Positions 55,079 to 64,000 of a DNA stretch of 64,000 nt are shown here, piece after piece. This DNA is from Tubiluchus corallicola (lineage: Eukaryota > Animalia > Priapulida). The notes beneath the pieces were generated by a model. It had not been told where the DNA came from and searched no databases. It saw only the letters and a list, made by a program, of their open reading frames with translations. Position numbers and translations under genes: made by a program. Every line of letters begins with the position of its first letter. Within the stretch, counting starts at the first letter, position 1. Where the stretch lies: contig JAQGDQ010000078.1 in assembly GCA_030141605.1 (NCBI GenBank), forward strand, positions 1-64,000. Reading direction: 5' to 3'.

Positions 55079-58000
55079 CAAAACTGTTTTATAAGCGATT
55101 TTGTCTACCCGACTGTTCACCTCGTTGACAGAGCTTGCACATGCGTTTTGGCTAAGGCAGCTCTGTCAGTTCACTGACAAGATAATGAATAAGTTCAGAT
55201 CACGTTTCATGTACCTAAATTAACTAATCTCTGCCCTTAGAAGTTGGATCCCGGTTTCCACAGTAAAAGTAAAACAACAGAATCTATATCCAATATAACA
55301 TATTACATGGATGATTAAAGATTTGTTTTATGTTGTAAAAGCTAGGCCATTTCTCACAGCGCGGCAATCGACTAACATTATTCAATGTTATTGGCCTTGG
55401 CAATAATATACCAAAACGTATGATATTATCATAAATGCACATTTTAGCTTACGCTGTGATCTGCGATCTGGGGTGTGAACATGTTGTCTTGGACAATTCG
55501 TTGGCTAAGCACATCTATTCTCCGAGACCAACAGTTATTTTTTACTGCAGACTATCTTCCCTTCAGCAAAACGAAAACTATTAACAAAATAATTAGGCCT
55601 GTGCATTAATTGGTCACTTCACCCCATAGGCCACTTGCAGCTTGGCACTTTGGGTATATAATAAATATGTTATTACCAATTCATAAAGTCTGTCGAAGTG
55701 CAATGCTGTATTGGTTGTTGTGGATGTATTTAATAAATCAAATCAAATCAAATCAATTGATTTCTAGCAAAACTGAAATCAAAACCAGAAACCCATAATC
55801 TGTAACATTTTCTCATAATCTACAGAAAAAAGGCGAAAGTTAATTTGCAAATTAAATTAAAACCCCGATCAGAGACAATATCATACAACCATTCAATAAA
55901 GTGCGTAAATATCATGAATTCAATGAATTTTCAATTCAGGGATACGTTTTCCAATCCCACCACATCAACAATTGTGTTCAACAGACGACATGGTAGGGGG
56001 TGGTGCACGGGAGAAGCAGAAGCAAGACATACTCCCATCTGCATAATTATGTCCAGACTCATCCAATAGCACTACACCATGAGGACAACAATTGTTTGCA
56101 TTTCTTAATTACGGACTTATGTTAAACCGTGTAGTTAACTATCCTCACAATGATCTTGTCCTTGCGCTTAATTGCAAGACTTCTTCATGTCTTATCCTGC
56201 AGTGACAATAAGGCCTGAGAATATTCTATCCTTGAACCAAAATTGAAGTTTTGAGGAACAAAGGCAGCTATGAAATGTACCTTCATTTTAATGCACACAG
56301 CGCAGAATACTAGATCAACTATAGTGCAGTTTGTAGGTTATGTATCAAATACAATACTGCGTCTGCAATCAGCTGTGTATTCCTTTAATACTCATAATGT
56401 CTGTAATTTGAAAAGTAATTAGACACTACGTGAAATTTCGCGCAGCATAGACAATACTGATCAGAGGGTAGCTGTGGATAGCCTCCACGGTGGACGATCT
56501 CCGTAACATGTTGGATTGATTAATGGAATATGGCAAACAAGGCGTGAGTTTTTATGATCGAGATGACAAATTAATCACTGGTTTAGTTGGACGTTATAGA
56601 AAACACATTGAAAAAACACTGCTATAAAAAATTAATCACTATGAATTAGAAATACTGTGAAAATTATTCTGAAATCGGAAATAAAATGCCGTTCAATTCA
56701 ATTAACTAATACGATACAGGTTTCAATGGCGAAAAAGAATTTATGGCGTATTCTTCTAAAGTTGGATGCCACGTTTAAAGCGACCATAGGTCAGTATACG
56801 ATCCTGCAAACCCTACTGCAGGTGAACACTTAAACTAACTGATTACGCATATTCGTAAGGGGTGTAAAGCCTGACAAAAGAGATTAAATACCTTTTAATG
56901 TCTAGAGTAGATTCGTAATTATCACATGCAATAGATAGATGAGGGTTACGTGGTGACAGCACAATATTTTGTCAAAAAATGTATGCGCTAAGACAAGAAC
57001 AACCCTTTGGCAACTACTTGCCTTGAAATCTTGTAAAACAGCCCAATTATCTTTGTGAAAACATGGAAAAATTTACAACTTTTGTGACAGATCATTTTGA
57101 AAGTGTCAGTGCGCTCGTGACAAGCAAATTGCTCGAAAGAACTTTGTGTATTCTTTACGACAACAGAATGGGCAAAGTAATTGCACTTGACACAAATCGT
57201 TACTTTAGCACATTTATCACTTGGTCTAAGTCCGAGTTTCATTTGCTAAAATTATATGAAGAGCTATTTTATTGAGCTAATATTTTTTGGTGATCTGGTT
57301 ATTGGCAACTGTTTGCATGATCTGGTAACTATACGAATTCCCTGCTTATCTCCTATATTCTTACACTTTTCCGTATAACTTAAAACTTTAAACACCTATT
57401 AAGACATAATATAAGATATAAGAACAATTTATTTCACACATGCAAATCGAAAATGTACAATGCGGACAATAATAGTTGCTTAAGTGTGAGGATAGCTGTA
57501 GTCTTCAGGAAGCTACCCTTCTCCAACGTACACTCCCATGGAGCGTGATGTTTTAAATAAAATTACAATTATTAGCCATTTTACACAGCATATTCTATTT
57601 AAGTATAAAACTGAATTATAATGGAATTGAAGAAACAGAAAAAATAATTAAATTGAATTATTCTCCAATGTAGTAGAACTGAATGCACCGTATAATACAA
57701 AAAAGAAAGAAAAATACTATAAATTATGTATTAGAATTATTACTACTGCACAATCTCAAGTTTCTAGCGAACTAAGATATAAGAAAGAAATACATTTTCT
57801 CCTGTCTATTCACTATTTACACACAGATTTATCAGATGGACTCCTATTACATGATTGATTATCAATCGCTAAAACCAAGAAGTCTAAAAATTGAGATGAT
57901 GCAAGCTCGAGTACCGCTGCTATCAGCAAACAAATATTATTTATTACTAATAATAAATACACTTATGACAGGGGCTGCATACGATCCATTAATCACGGCA

Positions 58001-60796
58001 AATGCGTGACAAAGATTGACCTAATGAAGTGAGACTCGTTTCCATTTCTGTTATGCAAAAGTGGTACTTTTTGTGATTTTTGGACCATTTCTGTCATTTC
58101 TCTACACTTTCTCAGTAATTGCCTGCACACAATTTGGAATTATTTTCTGCACAAAACACTCAATCTTTGGCGAATTTAAAAAATTCAATAAGTTTTTTAA
58201 TATTTTCACCAGTTCACCATTTACACGTAGTACTACAATAAACTCCTTCACTTTCTCTTTTAACGATCAATATTACAGTACTTATTAGTAACTGTACACT
58301 AAACCTCGGCCGGGCATTTAAAACCGAATCACGTTTGTACATCGCGCAACGATCACAAAACGGGTGGCATGTACAAAACGAATGTGCTCAGCGCCTTGTC
58401 ATTCTATGAAAAACTTTTGCTAAAACTTTTGGCCTCACAATATTATCATGAAGTAGCAGAAAAACTGATATCATAAACGCTTTGACAACTGACGTTGGTA
58501 TGACATTTCATCATTTCAGTTAGAACGTGAAAATGTTGCTGATAATTAAGCAATTGAAACAAAGTATTTGAAATAAAGTTTAATTCACTAAGAAACAATA
58601 CATATAAACGGCACAGGAAATGTAAATTGTACAATGTACATTAAAAATATAATATTTCGACTCAGTCAACAGAAATGTACTTATTTCAGTATAAAAAACC
58701 CATAAAAACATATAATTAAAATTGCCAAAGACTAAAATTAACTCAAATACTGGAATATACAAAACGTGACTAAAAGCATTTAAAATGTACAGTATCATCA
58801 AGAAGTTAAGACAGTATTCCATAATTTAAAAAATTTCGATTTAACATACCAACAGAATTCACAATAGAGAGTAAAAAATTGTTATCGGAATTGAAAACTC
58901 GCTGTCTTAGACTATAACAACATTTTCTTCCAAATACAAGAAATGTGGTAGAGCAAGGTTAACTCATGGTAGATGCACTACAATCAAACCTAGGCGAAAA
59001 TAGTTTACGAATGCCATTATTATAAGCAACCCTCAGTGTGTTTAACAAACCATTAGTAATGTCATCTTTAATATCTGATGGTGACGCCCCTTATGGGAAT
59101 CGAAATGCGTTTTTAAATATGATGACACCCGTTACGGGAAGTGAAATATATGTTTTTAAATATGGGATCTACATCTGTTCTCTCGTTTATATGTATCAAA
59201 GTGTTTATTACTGTTTTTCATAACAGATGATGGACAGTTTTAATGCAAGTTTTAAAAACGTTAATATCTAACTCATTGTCTGAACTTCCTCCAGGCTTCG
59301 TTGTCAAGGACTCAGCGTTAAACGAGGTTCATTAAAGCGCCTATAACTCTTTCAAAGACACTGACCGAGAAATTTGCACATAAAATTCTTTTTTAATGTC
59401 GTCCTTATTCGATCAAGGTCGATTGAGCTGTATAACCGGACTCTCTGCCTCCAGCATGTTATAGGAAAAATGACGTAGTACATTTACCGTTGCATTGCGT
59501 TGTTAATGGCGATTAAACATGGGAGATAAAAAATTCTGCTTTCTGTTTTTCGTTATTAGTGTAACATTAATATATATATTTACTGCTGCCAATAATTATG
59601 CAATCGATCTTCCTTCTACCATTCCGCAAGGAGAAATGTTCGGGCAACTTGATTTGACAGACATTGTCATTAACTTTTTTTAACTTTTAACTTTTATTTT
59701 TTATTTAATCCACATCACAAATTCACAATTTGGAAACATTATACATGATTTACATACTGATGTGGGCTGGGAGACCCAATGTGGTAAAAAGCCGCAAAAA
59801 CGTACGGGCAACCTTGACCATTAACATAAATAGCTTACAATAGAAATTGATCGATGGTGACAAATGGTAACGGCACAATGATGATCAGTAAACAATTTAT
59901 CATACAAGATATCATTAAAGGAAAGGTCAAGCCTCTTGCCCAGTTTGGCTTATTTTAGGATTCGCGAAAAAAATGTTAAAAAGACAACAATAAAAGTGTG
60001 ATAAGCACCGCGTGTAATTACTAATATCACTTCAGTAAGTTGCCATCTTTTTTAACGCCCATTCTTCCACCAATGACGTCGTTCATCGACTGAACAAAAG
60101 CAGCGCATTGCTAGAAGCACGAGTTTTTACAAAAAATTCGGAAGCTAATATTGATACTTCTGCGTAAACATTAAGTAAGATGCAGAAGTTTGAACTAGTT
60201 TAAGTAGCGCCCACTCACGATGCACTTACGAAAGGTCACGAAGTCCACCAGTTACGTTATCATTTTCAAGTGAATGACGGCTACCATCGTGCCTGAAAAT
60301 GACTATACAGCGATAGTATAAATTAACTTTATGCTATGTAGACTTTATAACAAATTTCTTTGTTTAAGTTTTAGTGAAAACAGTAAAATAAACCCAACAG
60401 GCTAATTGACATGTGCGTTTCTTCAACTTTATAGGTAACGTTGATAACTTAATAACTTTATACATGCACACTACATTAATTTACCACATAGGTGTCTGTT
60501 TTAAAATTTTTTACAATAGCTGCTTCTACTTGAAATTCTCTATTAGTATCATGTTTATTCTTCTGACTATGAAGTTGTCCGTTTTAAGAGAAGTGGCATC
60601 TGATATCATCATCATCAGCCTCTCAAGCATAATAGGTTACCAACAGTACTCTTCCTATATTTTGTTCTTCTCAAGTCTTTAGCTCAACAGTGGTGCACTG
60701 CCTTGCATACTCCAGTGTTTGCAAGTAATGATAACGTTAAATAAACGTTAAATTTCGGTGCTTTGACCACTGAACCTTCAAAATAATGATCTTTGA

Positions 60797-61646
60797 TCAA
60801 CACTCAAGTCGTGGCACTCTAACACTCAAGTCGTGGCACTCTGTCAACACTCAAGTCGTGGCACTCTACCAATACTCAAGTCGTGGCACTCTACCAACAC
60901 TCAAGTCGTGGTACTCTATCAACACTCAAGTCGTGGCACTCTATCAACACTCAAGCCGTGGCACTCTGTCAACACTCAAGTCGTGGCACTCTATCAACAC
61001 TCAAGCCGTGGCACTCTGTCAACACTCAAGTCGTGGTACTCTGTCAACACTCAAGTCGTGGCACTCTGTCAACACTCAAGTCGTGGCACTCTATCAACAC
61101 TCAAGTCGTGGCACTCTGTCAACACTCAAGTCGTGGCACTCTATCAACACTCAAGTCGTGGTACTCTGTCAACACTCAAGTCGTGGCACTCTGTCAACAC
61201 TCAAGTCGTGGCACTCTATCAACACTCAAGTCGTGGCACTCTGTCAACACTCAAGTCGTGGCACTCTGTCAACACTCAAGTCGTGGCACTCTGTCAACAC
61301 TCAAGTCGTGGCACTCTATCAACACTCAAGTCGTGGCACTCTATCAACACTCAAGTCGTGGCACTCTGTCAACACTCAAGTCGTGGTACTCTATCAACAC
61401 TCAAGTCGTGGCACTCTATCAACACTCAAGTCGTGGCACTCTGTCAACACTCAAGTCGTGGCACTCTGTCAACACTCAAGTCGTGGCACTCTATCAACAC
61501 TCAAGTCGTGGCACTCTGTCAACACTCAAGTCGTGGCACTCTATCAACACTCAAGTCGTGGCACTCTATCAACACTCAAGTCATGGCACTCTGTCAACAC
61601 TCAAGTCGTGGCACTCTATCAACACTCAAATCGTGGTACTCTGTCA
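60797..61646 (+). repeat. 25-bp minisatellite, ~34 copies (aacactcaagtcgtggcactct[a/g]tc)
   Basis: Head-to-tail units with no spacers; variation mostly at two positions. Confidence 0.97.
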
Positions 61647-64000
61647 TATCTCACCGAGTACTTTCACTTAAGACATTACAACAACCAAAAGCATTATTTT
61701 AACCAAAACAGAGCACACTAGTTTTGTTTTGTTTTGTTTTTTGGTCCCTGTGTGAAAACTTTCATAGGCGGTTTCTACTGTATCTAAAAAGTACATAAGA
61801 CTGAATTATTCTATGTGTCAATCTTATACCAATGCTGCGGCTTTACCTTAAAACTTCTGGTAGGAGAAAGATCAAATCGCCGGACAGACGGTCAGATAAG
61901 CAAACGAAAAAAACGGCCAGAAATCGTATTCATTAGACTTTTGTCTTTGACAATAGGATTCCTGTATTTGACTTGATAGGGTTGATCTGAGGGTAACCGG
62001 ATTTGACATTAGACCTAATTCTTGGCCAGTATGACAAGAATTCAGCAGACTCTGAGTTGTATTTAAGGTCTGGAAAATTTCGTATTCTCATACTCATCAC
62101 TATAATTATTCATGGTGGTAATTGAACTTAAATCCACTATTTATATGTCTTTAGGTTGTTAACAAAGAAATTAAATAATATAGTCAAAATGTAAAATAGC
62201 AGTTTAAATTTCGTCTCAGCTAAATTTCCATTTAACATGATTTGTTTCTTCACTTTTTACCTGTAACTCAGTACAATTACAGTGTCCGTAACTTACTTCC
62301 TATTAAATTCACCTTTGAGAAAATAGAAAGAAAAGCTGGGCTTAGTTAGCCTCTCTTCAGCACTTTCTTGAGCACTTGCTCAATTTCTTATTCACACTTT
62401 TCATATTTGCTTTTGCTAGTTAAAGCAAATAGTTAAACTAGTCGGGAATGCGAAGCACTGGTTTACTTGCTTTCTGAGTTTTTGCTTTCCCGAGATATGG
62501 CTTTGAGATATAGACTATTACCATAACAAAGTAAACTTGTGTCAAATTTCAGCTTCCTAGCAGCTCTATAAGCCAAATTACAGATTTTTTTTCAAAATCA
62601 ACTGCTCTGAAAGTCGAGCTACGGCCCACGCACATATACACACGCATTTACGGTTATCACAGTATCAAAATTTTCGTGAAATTTCGCAAATCGCATTGTT
62701 TGTATCACAATGAGTAAATACCAGAATATTGAATTATATGAAAGGGAACGAATACAAGACCGGCGTCAAGGCGAAGCAAATCTGTTTATGAAAGTTACGT
62801 CAACAGTGAGTAACTCAAAAAACGCTACAGCTTTCTTTTAGAATTCCTACATATTTACAGGTCTCAAAATTGCCTTCCTTTAGAGAGTTTACAGCCAGAG
62901 CCCTTTATTTGACATAGCAGCGCACTCTACCGGGGGAAACTAAACATGAGACAATTTATTTTTTTCTTTATCGCCGCCAGGTGCCGCCTACATCCACTTT
63001 ATCAGTGTTTAACGTGCTCTCAGAAACGTTGGAAGTGTTAATCAGTGCATGACTACTTTCTGATTCTAGCGGCTCAGCAGTAAGCGAAAAATCCCTCAGG
63101 CGGGAGAGCAGTAAATTCTATTTAAAATGCCAACTAGTCAACAAAATAAGGCGGATAAGCTTGGAATTGGGAACAGCTAGAAGGGTGAACATTAATATGG
63201 CGCTGTGTCTTAACCTCATGTTCAAACTACAGCACGCTAAGCTCATTAGAGAAGAGATAAGAAGTTTTGTTCACAAATAGTTCCGTTAAGAACGTTAGTT
63301 TCACTGAAATTCGTATCAGATCTCCAACAGATAAAAAATATAGTACATAGTCTAGTATAATGAATAGCATCAATGTACCATATCACTCCATAGCATCAAT
63401 CATCACATTAATTTCATATTGAATTGCATTGCTTTCATGTCCTACCGAAGCTCGCTGTTTTCAATTACGTACATGATGCTTTCTTTGCTGTATCGTACAA
63501 ATCATATCATATGCAATATCAGGTCAAATCACATTATAATATTATGTAACGTCGTATCACATTACACGGAAAGATTCAGCGTTTTGACAAATAAAACATA
63601 AAATAATTTGGACAACAATGGGTTTTCTGTGTCAACTAAATTGTTACTGATAACTCTTTCAGGCAACCATTTGAAAATCATCAGTATTGAAATTACTTAA
63701 TAGGAAACCCATTCTGTCCAAAAATGCTTACACCAATTTGATTCAATATGATAAGAATATTCATCATGTTCAACGATCGCAATGAGTAAAATAAAGGAAA
63801 CAACACGATTAAAGAGGTAAGTGGAAAAATTTCCTCAGCCAAAGTTAAACTTCGTCAACTGAAACACATTAAAACGGTTGGTTTTCTTGCGAAGATTAGA
63901 TCTAAAAAAAACGTAATCAATGATTTACCTTTCTAGAGTTAAACACAGTAACACGCGTTTTTACTTTTTATTGCATTGTTATCTGCGCTAACTGAACTTT

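Noticed and set aside
56988-58290. Possible PH-domain exons of the kinase
   Set aside because: Minus-strand translations show no PH motifs and lack convincing paired splice sites.
60786-61721. Three overlapping 262-311 aa ORFs, or a CRISPR-like array
   Set aside because: Pure 25-bp tandem repeat with no unique spacers and no cas genes; the ORFs exist only because the unit lacks stop codons.
62330-62370. Hammerhead ribozyme core (CTGAAGA followed by a short stem on the minus strand; also CTGAAGA at ~3634)
   Set aside because: No GAAA after stem II and no stem I/III pairing.

Overview
AT-rich, intron-rich eukaryotic DNA, most likely from an invertebrate animal (taxon not determinable from sequence alone). 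Two convergent genes can be assembled by hand from splice sites and reading-frame phases. (1) A complete 8-exon T-box gene of the Tbx20 subfamily on the + strand (16461-33487, 472 aa predicted). (2) A Tec/Btk-family non-receptor tyrosine kinase on the - strand (Btk Zn-motif, SH3, SH2 and kinase exons, 48733 down to 36629). No PH-domain exons are visible in the window. A 2.2-kb open exon (53689-51448, - strand) ends in a GTATGT donor whose phase exactly matches the Btk-motif exon. It predicts a ~1271-aa kinase isoform in which a ~740-aa low-complexity N-terminus (basic NLS-like tracts, two RVxF-like motifs, PPPLPPR) replaces the PH domain; this is the most unusual feature. The rest is non-coding: microsatellites, three minisatellites, MITE/foldback elements, a Tc1/mariner transposase relic, tRNA- and 5S-like SINE fragments, and candidate enhancers around Tbx20. 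No CRISPR array or prokaryotic system is present.
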